NCBI RefSeq assembly: GCF_002113885.1
Contig: NW_018403450.1
Span: forward strand, 471,471-535,470
Direction: 5' to 3'
Source: Mizuhopecten yessoensis
Taxonomy: Eukaryota
Length of the DNA stretch: 64,000 bases
Both the position numbers and the translations under genes were made by a program. Below the pieces are notes generated by a model. The model was not told the DNA's origin. It did not search any database and saw only the letters and a list, made by a program, of their open reading frames with translations. Shown piece by piece: positions 1 to 12,400 of this stretch (position 1 is its first letter; each line of letters opens with the position of its first letter).

Positions 1-316
1 GTAAAACAATCAAAAAGTCTAATGTAAACATTGCTGTTGCTAAACCATAACTGTAAAGCACAATTACACTATAAAGAATGTAACTTATGACTGTTTTAAC
101 AAATTATGTTATGGTCCTATTGCTATTGCTGACAACCAACTTTAAACCATCCAGGGTTTTATTAAGTTTGTCAACAGCAACGCGTGTCACATGATCACAA
201 CACCTTTTGCCAAAACGCACCACTTGAAGCTATGCTTAACTTGCGGTTTTCTGCATCGTTGTTTCCACCTAAAGGGACAACCGGTCCGAAAATCAGAAGT
301 ATTAGTAGTCTAGGAC

Positions 317-422
317 GTCTCTATAGACCACTTTTTTCTCTCTTTATCTATGTAAGTCGCCATCTTGGATTGAGGAGGGATTTTTTCGGAGGGCTTAGAT
401 TAATGGATGCATAATAACAATT
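317..422 (+). repeat. 106-bp direct repeat, copy 1 (copy 2 at 1705-1810)
   Basis: gtctctatagaccac...gccatcttggattgaggagggattttttcggagggc...aataacaatt occurs twice with about 3 mismatches. Confidence 0.9.
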
Positions 423-1083
423 TTATATTACATGTAGGTTGGTCTGTTTTTCAGATAGTTAACGACACATCCATGTGTAATACCGGTTATATCTGGTGGT
501 TCACAGTGTCAGATATTGAGATACCCAATTAAGTACGGTACAATTTGCATCATATAAAAAATGTATAAAATTCCGCACTGAGCATAGCCAATCTGCTTAC
601 GGTAAATCTTTACATCCCTTTGAAGTATCTAATTTTGCTATCATAGACATCGTTTTTGTAGCTAATTAGCTTATATCCCAATGACTGGATGTGGTGCAGT
701 TTTGGATTTTGGAAACTTTAGCGTTTGATCCAAAAATGAAACAGTATAACTGTACTGTCGTTCACATGTTCAGGTCATCGTCTGCAGATTTTTTTCTTCA
801 CCATAGCTCTGAACAGTCTTCACAACCACATAACTAGCAATGTCGTTATAAATCAGATTCCTTTTCTGTTTCACAGATTTTCCATAGCCGTAATACAAAA
901 TATGCGATAATATCAACTTTGTTGGTTCGTTTACAGCTTATCGTGCTGCAAAATAAGCTCCTTATCGTGATATGTTCGCTACCAATCCACTGAATCCTGT
1001 AAGACTCTTGGTTAAATCATACATTGGTAAGCTTATCAGGACAGGTACGATGACCGTACAGAATCCCTCTGTTTCAATTTCAG
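422..1083 (+). repeat. Long inverted repeat, left arm
   Basis: Reverse complement of 3146-3839 apart from a few substitutions and indels. Confidence 0.95.
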
Positions 1084-1704
1084 ATACGTCGTCGATGTGC
1101 TGTCAATAATGATAAATGTATCAAATACTGATTACGTCAATCGTATGTTCCCTCCTTATAACTTGGAACCAAGGGCAGACTACTCAGTCGCTTAACTGCA
1201 TCTTAACTTAGAACATGACTAACAGGTTCAAACAATGAAATATATGGCATGAATAATACAAATCACATATGCACATGATGAGGATCCTCCCCATCTCTCT
1301 AACAAACTAGTGGCCTTATAGATTACCAATATTTAATAATACTACGATCGCGAGTACATGTAAACTAATGAAGAAAAAGAAATGTGGTACGGGACATGTT
1401 ATGAAAGATAAATTGATATTCCGTGAAATGCTAAGTAGCTATATCCTTATGACAGCATTTGTGAGGTTTTCAAAATTGCATTTCATCAACATGTCAATAC
1501 TTGTATTGCTTAACCAAAACGTTTATACTGGATACTGCAGTTTTGAACTCTCTCGAATGTTTCTATAGTTTGAGCTGTTGGGAGGTTAGAGTCTCCATAT
1601 AGCAATACATAAGTAGTATACTTCTCAGCTGTACGATAAGCGTGACGATTTCGATTTTCCTACACTGAACTTTCCCTTTCTTGTTAATAACATCTCTGTT
1701 CTCA

Positions 1705-1810
1705 GTCTCTATAGACCACTTTTTTCTCTCTTTATCTTTGTAAGCCGCCATCTTGGATTGAGGAGGGATTTTTTCGGAGGGCTTAGATTAATGTATGCAT
1801 AATAACAATT
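1705..1810 (+). repeat. 106-bp direct repeat, copy 2
   Basis: Matches 317-422 and contains a YY1-type GCCGCCATCTTG motif. Confidence 0.9.
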
Positions 1811-2383
1811 GATTATGGGTCAATTGTAATTCTGTGTGATTGTTTGAAATTTAAAGGGCCGTATAAAGAAACACCTGTTCCAGGTAATTGATATCATAGC
1901 TATTGAAAAGAATTCATTATGGTGACGTTGTATGTGATCGACTTTTTAAACATTTTTATTTACACGCTCGGTGTGCTATTGTGATATTGTCCATCATAAT
2001 TATTTAGGGACAATGTCACCATGTAGTCAATGTAAGATATAATAATCATGTCATTACACGTATCATATCCCCCAAGTCTCAGACTATAGATGTTGGTAAT
2101 CTACTTCAATAACAATAATTTTCATAAAAAAATAACAACAATGACTGACAACATGCTGGTTAATTACTACTTTAATTTATAAGTAATATATCAATGAGTT
2201 AAAAGAATTATATGTTCACGAAAAGAAAGGAAAAAGAAAAAAAAGAACATAAAAAATGTTATGACAATATTGATTATGGGGCAATTGTAATGCTGTGTGA
2301 TTGTAAGTTTAGTGGACCTATATAAAAGTGTTGTTATGACAATGGATTATGGGTTAATTATATTGTTGGGTGATTGTAATTTA

Positions 2384-2506
2384 ATCGGGCGGTGGGGTCA
2401 GTTTAATGAAGTTGTCTTGCAATACTTTTGTCACGAAATGCGTCTTGCTACAAGAGGTCGGTCCCGACACAATCATCGTAAATGAATGTTTAAAACAGAA
2501 CTCTTC
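2384..2506 (-). pseudogene. N-terminal fragment of a Polinton/Maverick-type (A32/FtsK-like) packaging ATPase
   Basis: FKHSFTMIVSGPTSCSKTHFVTKVLQDNFIKLTPPPD resembles the HPFTxxVxGPTxxGKT...PPP start of Polinton ATPases. Walker A is mutated (GKT to SKT) and a stop follows PPPD. Confidence 0.65.
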
Positions 2507-2925
2507 AGAATGTTCAGAGCCTTCACCTTTACAGTCCGTCGCTGTCTGATCTCCCGGCATTTCATGCGCTCCTCCCGGTGCTCCATGCTTTCCATGCGTT
2601 CTTTCTGGTGCGCATTGCGCTCCATGCGCTCTTTCAGGCGCGCATTGCACTCCATGTGATATATGAATAAATAGATCAAGACGATATCAATGCAAGTGTA
2701 TTTAAGTGTCTCTGTCAATAGAAGTGACCCATCCCACGTCCATCCGTACAACATCAAGACTAACATGGACAATGTTTACATTACCGAGAGTCAAGAGAGT
2801 GAAGACCCCGTTTTGTGGAAAAGGGCGTACAACCCAAACAAATCGTCCCGATACCATCCCACGGGTGGTAGATGACTCTCGATAATGTAAATATTGTCTA
2901 TGTTTGGCCTTATGTTACATGTTAC

Positions 2926-3147
2926 ATTATACCTCCTCTAAAAGACCCTATTACTAATTGTACTGCAGTAGATGATGAACGGAAAGCTAATATTTTAAAT
3001 GACTATTTTGTGTCTATCTCTACTATAGACGACTCAGGTGTACCTTTACCACAAGTTGATATGAGAACCCAAAGTCGTATAGATAATATATTTTTTACAC
3101 AAGCTGATATTGTTGACATCCTTAAGTCTCTAAAATTAGGTAAAGCT
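2926..3147 (+). mobile_element. Non-LTR retrotransposon (CR1/L2-group LINE) ORF2 fragment, linker just upstream of the RT domain
   Basis: IPPLKD...KANILNDYFVSIST...LP...DIVDILKSLKLGKA is the typical pre-RT segment. It is cut just before the expected xGPD by the inverted-repeat arm. Confidence 0.8.
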
Positions 3148-3839
3148 GAAATTGAAACAGAGGGATTCTGTACGGTCATCGTACCTGTCCTGATAAGCTT
3201 ACCAATGTATGATTTAACCAAGAGTCTTACAGGATTCAGTGGATTGGTAGCGAACATATCACGATAAGGAGCTTATTTTGCAGCACGATAAGCTGTAAAC
3301 GAACCAACAAAGTTGATATTATCGCATATTTTGTATTACGGCTATGGAAAATCTGTGAAACAGAAAAGGAATCTGATTTATAACGACATTGCTAGTTATG
3401 TGGTTGTGAAGACTGTTCAGAGCTATGGTGAAGAAAAAAATCTGCAGACAATATAGATGACCTTCAACATGTGCACGACAGTACAGTTATACTGTTTCAT
3501 TTTTGGATCAAACGCTTAAGTTTCCAAAATCCAAAACTGCACCACATCCAGTCTTTGGGATATAAGCTAATTAGCTACAAAAACGATGTCTATGATGGCA
3601 AAATTAGATACTTCAAAGGGATGTAAAGATTTACCGTAAGCAGATTGGCTATGCTCAGTGCGGAATCCCTGTATTTGAACAGATGTACATTTTAATACAT
3701 TTGTTATATGATGCAAATTGTACCGTACTTAATTGGGTATCTCAATATCTGACACTGTGAACCACCAGATATTACCGGTATTACACATGGATGTGTCGTT
3801 AACCAACTGAAAAACAGACCAACCTACATGTAATATAAA
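3146..3839 (-). repeat. Long inverted repeat, right arm
   Basis: Reverse complement of 422-1083, with short insertions near 3450 and 3667-3692. Confidence 0.95.
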
Positions 3840-5464
3840 GAGATCACTGTGTGTAATACGGAATATCGTATCAGGTATTGTCTCGAAATACTTAGCATTT
3901 AAAACACATAGCATCCATTTGACACATTTTTCTAATCTTAAAGCAAAACTTTCTGAATTATTTCTGAATCTAAAATTCTTCAATTAGTTTATAATTTGCG
4001 AGTATTTTAATTTATTGTTTAAGATTTTTTTTATTTATTATCAAGATATAAAACTAGACCTAGTTTAGAGTTATGACAGTTATGATTTATAAAACATATA
4101 TATATTCATTCTTTGAGATATTTAATTGAATATTTGTATGCCTTTATAAAAGATAAATTGATTTTTGAATTATTAAAGTGTTATTTATTACCCCGTTGAT
4201 GGTTTGCTATATATCAGAGACATATACAATGTATGTCTCTGCATAAACTTACAAAAGCCCGTGTGTCCAGCCCCCGTAGCTAGTTAGGCTGTCATTGATC
4301 TGTTTGAATACGTGAGGCTTAGTTTAAACAAGTTTACCGTGAACATGAATTGGCTTCTTTAATAACGTGATTCTTTTTACACTTGTCAATCTCATTGCTG
4401 TTTTTCTATTACATGTACTGATAGAATATTGACCCGTGTGCCATAGTAACATCGAGGACGCATATCTTGTTTTCTTTTCCCATATGTAAAGATCTAAAAA
4501 TAAGATATACATGTACTAAGACCTATTTTCGAATTCGATTCTCTGTTTTTAAGTAAGTGCAGTTGTAATCATCGGAAAATACGAAGGGATTGTGTAATTT
4601 AGGAAAATTTGGCCCTCACGCAGATATAAAACGTGCACAATTATATTTCTAGTGGATAAGTTATGGACCGCATTGTAACTGTGGAGTGATCGTGAAAATA
4701 AGCTAGTATTAATTTTAGATTGATGTACACATCGTATCTATGAACCGTAATAGTTAGAGACCAGTAAAGAATTACGAATCATCTTTTCTTGGCGAAATTC
4801 AATCCAGTACATTCATTTTCTAGAATAATTATCATTCATGGCGCAGCAGGTGCGTGACAATAAAATGTTTTTGCATGTATGCACAAATTATATTACATGC
4901 CTAAAACTGAACTTTGTAAAAATAACTGGGGTATATAATAATCATAATGTATGTATGAATATATAGTTTCAGGTAAGTTATTGGCATGCGGACCAGCCTC
5001 ACCCCGCTACTGTTAACCTCAACTTTGAACATACGGATGCATGAACAATAAATGCAGATGATCAAAAGAAAAACAAACAGACATAAAAAGATAACTTTGC
5101 AATAATATGCAATTTTTTATCATATGAGTGAAAAGCTAGCTTATAGCAAATTTCAAAGTGCATCAATATCATTATTATAATGTACTGTATAGTTCAAAGG
5201 CTCACAACATGTATACATATGTATATTGGTGTAGTTGTTTTATATTCAATTCAATTCAATAATTTATTGCTCATTTATAGTGGTTAAAGTGCATTACACA
5301 TATTGTATAGTTATTTCATGGCTTCAACATAAAAGGCCTAGGCTTAATAAACATATCAGTTTCAAAGCCGTTTGCTAAACGACATTGTAAAGTTTGGGTT
5401 GCCAGAGCTTAACTTATTATCACGGCCCTTTGTTGACATTTTCACTCCGATAGCCCAGTCACAT

Positions 5465-5520
5465 GGCTTTGTTTACGTTGCTGTGAATATCACGTGACTT
5501 GTACGTCACCTCATTTCCGC
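5465..5520 (+). promoter_or_regulatory. Candidate YPEL proximal promoter (FOX site, E-box and CRE-like cluster)
   Basis: TGTTTAC 5470-5476, TCACGTGAC 5490-5498 and TACGTCA 5502-5508 lie in a locally CpG-richer stretch, just ahead of a strong splice donor. Confidence 0.5.
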
Positions 5521-5668
5521 ATAGACCGAAGACATAAACACTGGCGACCTCGCAGTCTGGAGAACGATCCTTGAGGAAGTCATAGCGATAGTTAGTCCAT
5601 GTAACAGCGAATATTTCATGTGAAATCCTAAAGATTAATATCCAGTGAATTCTTCTGGCCATCTTAAG
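5520..5668 (+). other. Candidate non-coding first exon of YPEL (start approximate); putative intron 1 is 5669-34522
   Basis: Near-consensus donor AAG|GTAAGA at 5668/5669 downstream of the motif cluster. The link to YPEL is inferred. Confidence 0.45.
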
Positions 5669-7256
5669 GTAAGAACAGATGTATGTATGCTACACGAACT
5701 GCGGAAATTCGCTGCCAACTGCTTTCATTTTTCCAAGGAGGCCATTATTTTTTTTGTATTGCCAATGAAAGGCGCCTAAATGATAATGACAGTTTATCTG
5801 TTACTTCTGAATTATCTCAGTAAAAGATATTAAGAAATATTGTGTTATTCATTAAGATTGTGCTGCGTTATAATAAACATTTGCAGTCGTGTTCGCCTGT
5901 CACCAGGTCAGGGAATACACACTGATGTACGCAGACGGTAACGGGACAAAGCCAGTGCTTCTTTGTTTTGGTCGTAACATGTGGTTGGGGAACAAAGAAT
6001 GTCATTGAGTTCACTTTACCAAGACTGACCTGTGGCACACAAAGGATTATCACGTGCTTTTCGTACCCTAGAGTCCCTATAAGCACCTTCTGTCTGACAC
6101 ATTTACAGAAATTGGTCAATGTTACTGAGGTTAACCTAGCTAGAAACAGCTAGGATGCAGATGAAAGTATGAAATTATTGATTTTCTTTACACATTTGGA
6201 ATGTCTTTGTCAATGCTTGTTTCCACATGAGACTGTCACATGCTAGAGGTATGAGTTGCCTAGGATATGTAATCTGCAGTTCATTAACACAATTATATTT
6301 GACTGTTTGTATTTATATTAGATCCTTGTTAATGCCAATTTTGTCACAATTCATCCAACTTCTGTATCACTGAATTTTGTATATTATCCTCCTAACAGAT
6401 TCTTGTTACCAACATGCAAAGTTGTGACATACAGTGTTGCATTTATTAATTTCTGGGTTGTTTTACAGTGTGTATTTTATCAAATTTGTTCATTTGCACA
6501 TTATAAGTAAACATCATGACATTGAAATGTGAAAAGGCACCTGCTAATTACCAAGTTTGATACTAAATGGAACTGTACTAGTTATGACATTGTGTTGTAC
6601 ATTATTTAGTACATGCACAGTAGTTATTAAAGACTATACGTTCCAGCAGCATTGAATATCACATTGGGTTTGCAGTAAGTGTACATGTACACTTATATAT
6701 TTATTATACTTGATCAATGTAAAACAGAACCCTGATTAATAAGCATTGGTGTGCAGAAACTCCGACATTTTTGCTGAGATACATTGATACAGTACTTGTA
6801 ACTTTTGCACTTGGACTCTTTCACACTAAATATATTTATGCCGAAAATGCATTACATAAAACTTGGATTTAAAACGATGATGATTTTCCGCTTCATCGTT
6901 TTTGTTTATATGTAGCTCTGCTATAAGTATATTCAGCAAACAAAACCAATATATTCTAGTGACATTTGTAGATTATTGTGGGTAAAGAGAGTGTAAGGAG
7001 TTTAATCAACAAATTTGTAGGGTATATTTTGAGGTAAGGAGTATTTGTCGGACATAGAAGTAATTAGACTTGGACCATGCACATATGGACAATGGATCTG
7101 TGAACAATAGTTGAGAACCACGCCTATCTGTCCCCCAGGGAGATTTCTGGCCTTTGGACATACATGTTGGCAGGACCAGAACATGCTGACAGGACCAGAA
7201 CTTCTGACTCACCAAGAGGGCGAATAAAGGTCTCTTTACCCCTTTGCCTCATCCTA

Positions 7257-7478
7257 AGGGGGCCGCAGTGGTCAAGTGGTTATGACGTCTGACATTCTGC
7301 TACCACTACCCCTCCACCACTGGGCCACGGATTCAAGACCTACATGGGGCAGTCGCCAGGTACTGTCCATCGGTCGGTGGTTTTTCTCCGGGAACTCCAT
7401 TTTTCATCCACCATCAAAACCTGGCATGTCCTTAAATGACCATAGCTGTTAATAGGACTAAAACACAAACAAACCAAA
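7257..7478 (+). mobile_element. Full-length tRNA-derived SINE with a V-domain-like core and a 10-bp TSD
   Basis: A-box-like TGGTCAAGTGG, B-box-like GGATTCAAGAC, core GGTTTTTCTCCGGGAACTCC and an (AAAC)n tail. TSD CCTCATCCTA at 7247-7256 and 7479-7488. Confidence 0.88.
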
Positions 7479-9021
7479 CCTCATCCTAGCACAGACATAT
7501 CTGTGAAGATGAAATCTATATGGTGGAATCAATGGCAAATAAAGAAAACCAGTAAATCATCATATTACATTGATAAGGAGTTGGATGTGTACAGTTCAGT
7601 GACAGATCAGTAGGTATAAAAGAGGTTTAGTGAGAAATAGGTGGGGTATGTACACTACAGGAAGTTGATGAAGGAAGTGGGGGTAGGGGAAAGGGGTTTC
7701 AGAAACAAAGAAGGGGAGGGGTTTATAGAAATGTGTTTAGGAAGAAGTTCAATTGACAAATTATAGTCCAAGATGACAAAATTTACTTATCAGATCATGG
7801 GAAAAATCTTCTTTGGAAATTGAAAGAGGATGAATAAGCTCAAAATCGGAATATCTGTATTAAATATTCTACTTTCTAAACATGAAATATATATATATAT
7901 GTCTCTTTTGTGGTCTGAACCTGGCTGCAAATGCAAAATAATATTATATGGGTGGTCTTGACAATCTGTGGCATGCTTCCAATGTTATGGCAGTGTTATA
8001 GTTACTTGTCAATGATAATTAGAGACTGTGAGGGTGATATTTTCAATTTGTTGTACATATACCTTGTTCAGATTGCATTGTAAACTAGACCTGCAAATCT
8101 GATCGATGTTGAACTTTTTCAGTACCTAGTATGTTGAACAAAAATATTCAACCAGAGAGTTCCAAGTTAAAATGAGCACGTAAATCTGGTACAACGTGTT
8201 GTAACAACATTATACATGTACTGGTCTCCATAGTATTGGAAAACGTCCAGATTCAGGCTCTCTAACTTAATTGATCCTTGCCTTATATAGACACATCCTA
8301 TATTTACTCCGTGGCCTTTGAGGATGATGGATAAGGTGTGTGTACATGTCATGATGTCTGTCAATTAGGCCACGGGGCTTCCCCTTCACGATGTAAGGGC
8401 AATGTGTGTCTCTGATATATGTATATATTTAGAGAGTTGATGTATTATCCAGGTTTATCAGATTTGTCTTCTCATATAGGCAATATTGATGCAATGTCTT
8501 TTTTTAAACCTTTTATATTAAATTTGATGATAAACCAGTGTATAACATATGGTAATTAAACAATAAAATTTGTGATTGCCCTGTACATGCCCTGTACATG
8601 TGATAATGGAGTTCCTATTGTATGCAATATTCAAATGACAGGGGTAGAGAATAAACAGTGGGTGTATTGTTTATATATAGGACTGTGTTCGGCTGTTGGT
8701 AGTCTAAATATGGTTATAACTGACCTTTAAGTTTCAATCATGTTGTGCAGGCACTGCTAGAATTTATAATATGAAGTATATCTTCAGCATACCATGCTTA
8801 GTCATTAACAGTCTTCACTCTTGATAAATTTTCTGTGTTAACAATTAAAACATCGTGGTCAAGTTGTTCAAGTCCTTGTTAGCTTAATAATACCTTTACA
8901 TGAATTTTTCATCTAAAAAAATCAAAAATTGTTTTCAAAAACCCTTTTAGGAAATAAAAATTACCATCCAAAGACAAAAATGATAAAAAAGAACATTTGT
9001 AAATTTTTAGATTATGTATGT

Positions 9022-9466
9022 CAGGTCCAGTACACTCTGCCGATTGATCTATATATATAGCTGTAAAGACCTATAATAGCTCTATTGACCTATCTGAAAT
9101 AGGTCTTTTGAGCTATTTTCAAGTGATTTTCTTTTTTAAGGAAAACGGAACAAAGTCGCATGTAAAAGAAGATTGTATCATTATATTGATAACAAAAGAC
9201 ATTAAATATAAGTATTCTTTTTAAAAAATAATAATGTAAAGAAATCGGAAATTTTACATTTATGAAAAATGAAAATAAACATCTAAATGCATGCTTTTTG
9301 TAGTCAACATTACCATTAACCTTATTGTTTTATGCGACTTTGCTTTAATTTAATGAAATTTGAAATCTGAGAAAATATAGCTCAATACAGCTATAATTTA
9401 TAGGTGTATATAGCTATATAGGTCTTTATAGCTATATAGCTCAATCGGCAGAGTGTACTGGACCTG
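9022..9466. mobile_element. 445-bp non-autonomous DNA transposon (MITE)
   Basis: Perfect 26-bp TIR CAGGTCCAGTACACTCTGCCGATTGA, extending imperfectly to about 55 bp. A 5-bp TSD TATGT lies at 9017-9021 and 9467-9471. Confidence 0.9.
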
Positions 9467-12400
9467 TATGTGTTTATCAAAAATTGCATTTCAAAATCTG
9501 ATGTAATACGGCCTGTTAAGCTAATCAGACACTCCATGGGCAGTGGGGCTTTGCTGTTATTTATTGTTAAGTGTTTATACATGAATTAATGCACTCTATA
9601 AAGATACTTGTAGTAAGGGCTTATGGACAATTATGTCAAAATCAATAAATAATACACTGATTATCACACTTTTTTTGTAACTTCAATCGGAAACCGCCAG
9701 TTCTTTTTAAAACTTTTGCATGGAAGCACTGATAAGTGGCAATTGCCTTGACTCCGAAGAATTTCGAAGTTTTCATCAGAGGGAGCACCTGTGGTTGAAT
9801 ATGTCGGTTCTAGTAATATTGGTATCAAGTTAAATGTATTTGAAATCAGCAGTGGAACTGTTACAAGTTGGCACTGGTACAGTGGTATAATTACGTGTAC
9901 ATTGGTCTGAGATAAGATGTGACTGAACGTGTTTTACTGGTCAGACCTCCTGTCTACATAGACATTGCTATTTAACTGATTGGTCTTGATTTTCAATTAC
10001 ATGTACCTAGGCAAGTTGTTAAAAAAAAAATTAAAATCCTGATTATCTGATTGAGGAACTAATAGAATAAATTTGCTTAATGTTTTTTTAAAAAGAATAA
10101 AAATAAAAATTTGTATGATGATCGAGTGCTGATGAAATTAGTTTTTAAGGTTCGAAAATCGAAGTCTTTTTTAAAAATTGTTATATAAATAAAAATATTC
10201 AAAAATTGTATACAAGTTGTAATATTTATATCATATTCTTACAAGTATGTGTGATACACTTTCTATTTTATCGAGCATCCATCATCTGTAGGAATACTTT
10301 TAGTGGGTTTTGGATGTTGGAAAGCAATATCAACCTAAGTAATATAAGGAGAATCCTAGTGGTAAGTTTGCTGATTTTCATTTCAAAATATTTTATTAAA
10401 TCAAATGATTAATTATTAATGGGAATTAGGCAACAGGCTATGCTATGGGAAGTTTGCTGATGACTGTCTGGGGCTGACAATGGTTTAAGAAGGCTGGTTC
10501 AGGTGTTATGTATCCAAAAAGAAATTGGTATGGACTTTTAATCCTCTTTCATGACTCGCCAGGATGACAATAAGAATTGAAGAATTGAATTATTACACGA
10601 AACTATTGTGCACAAGTATTTTTTACAGAGAAAATATAAGTGATATGACTAGAGCTGACACATGCTTGCACAGTGTGTCTTAGGAGTAAACTGTACGTAA
10701 GAGATCAGAAGGCTCAGTTTGTGTCATGTTATCATAACGTTGGAAGCAAACTCTGTGAAGAGCTGTACAGGCCCAGTATAATTTTTGTGAGAAGGGAGTT
10801 TCTGTAGAAGATAAATACAGGCCCAATATGCCCTTTGTCGGAAGGAAACTGCCTATAGAAAAGCTTTGCAGGCCCAATAAACCTTTTGTTGGAAGAAAGT
10901 TGTCTCTTAAAGGTCTACATGAAGGGTGTTTCTCTTGTTAGAGGATGAGTGTATTCAGATGACAGATACAGGATGGTTGTGCCTGTTCAGTATAAGAATG
11001 AGTTTTGGTTTGTTACAGACCTGACTTGGGTGCTCTATAGTATAGGTGGGAGTTGGTATGGTGGAGGGCTCATGTACATACATATACTGATATATCTGTG
11101 ATTGATTTTCAGGCTACATAATTAGCTACAGCAGAACATGAGATAAACCCAGGTACCTGTCGGAGGTCGTTTAGGGATAATTACAGGCTAGCAATGGAAG
11201 TGTACCTCTGATGAATGTGGTGGAAGAAAGACGGGGCTGTATTTGGGTTTCCATTGATACTGGGTCAGACCTATATTCAATCACAAGCCTGGTTTGTTAT
11301 TCTAGTATCCTTATATCAACCAATAAGGTACCAATATGCAGTCAAAACATACATGTAGATAGTATGCATTTATCAAAACTAGTGATCATTCATGGTACAC
11401 TAACCTGAATCCTTTTCTTAAGTACATGTAGGTACGCTGGCTATTCACTTTTGTTTCATTCATTGTATCAAAATTCATATGAAAAGTCATTGTTTCTTTC
11501 ATAGTTGTGTGTAAGTTAATCTCCCTGGAGATTGTCTATATTGAGGCAGGCTGTTATGAGTCTATATTAAGGCAGGTTGTTTAAGCACAAGATCAGATAT
11601 CTAGATCTGCCTCTATACATATCTAAATAATCCAGGAAATATCGATAATGTTGGTTTCTTGTTACATGGTAAATAAGGAAATATATCAAAAATGATTATA
11701 CAGGGTCATTGTTGGATATTTTATGAACTTAAAAAGAAAAAAATGACGTCTCTCCGCCCACGTAATCTTGGTCAGCTGGCTGGAGCTAACTCCTTACAAA
11801 AAACTATCAATAAGGTATTGATCAATCGGAGCAGGTGCTATATATAGCTTCAGAGTACTGCTTCTGGTGTAAAAAAGGAATAAAGTATACAGCAAAGCTC
11901 ATGTAATCACGTCACCATCTGTCATTGGTAGAGTAGTGGAGGGCCTTTGACACAGAGGTCAGTAGCTCAGTCTGTAGAACATCCATCATACCCAAGTATT
12001 ATTGATCAGGCCTGTCGGTGGGGCCTCACAAAATTGGTAACCTTTGATACAGAAATCAAAATAATAATTTTGTTTCTCATGAAAGAATTTTAACAGAAAA
12101 TCTACAACAATATGCAAATTGTGCTTGATGGCAATAAAGATATGAATGACTTCATGTTTTCATTGTTTGTACATGTACATCACTAGACAATAATATTAGT
12201 TTCTAGTCAAGATAATATTTTAGGTTTAAATTTAATCTTTATTTTTGAAACAGTTGATTTCAAAAGAAACAAAAAAAATAACTTCTTGTTAAGTGATAAT
12301 ATATGACTTCTATCAGATGGATTTAAGGGGTCTTTAAGGGGTCTATAAAGTATGACAATATAGGATATAAATCTATTCTACAGATTTGGAACAGACATCT

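Noticed and set aside
1563-1751. MAAYKDKERKKW ORF resembling a phage integrase arm
   Set aside because: The similarity is superficial, the ORF is short with no catalytic domain, and its start lies in a duplicated repeat.
4838-4855. ATGGCGCAGCAG|GTGCGT as a possible coding micro-exon
   Set aside because: No downstream partner exon or homology was identified.
11944-12051. A-box-like TAGCTCAGTCTGTAGA between imperfect 13-bp direct repeats
   Set aside because: No B box or recognisable body; too degraded to call.
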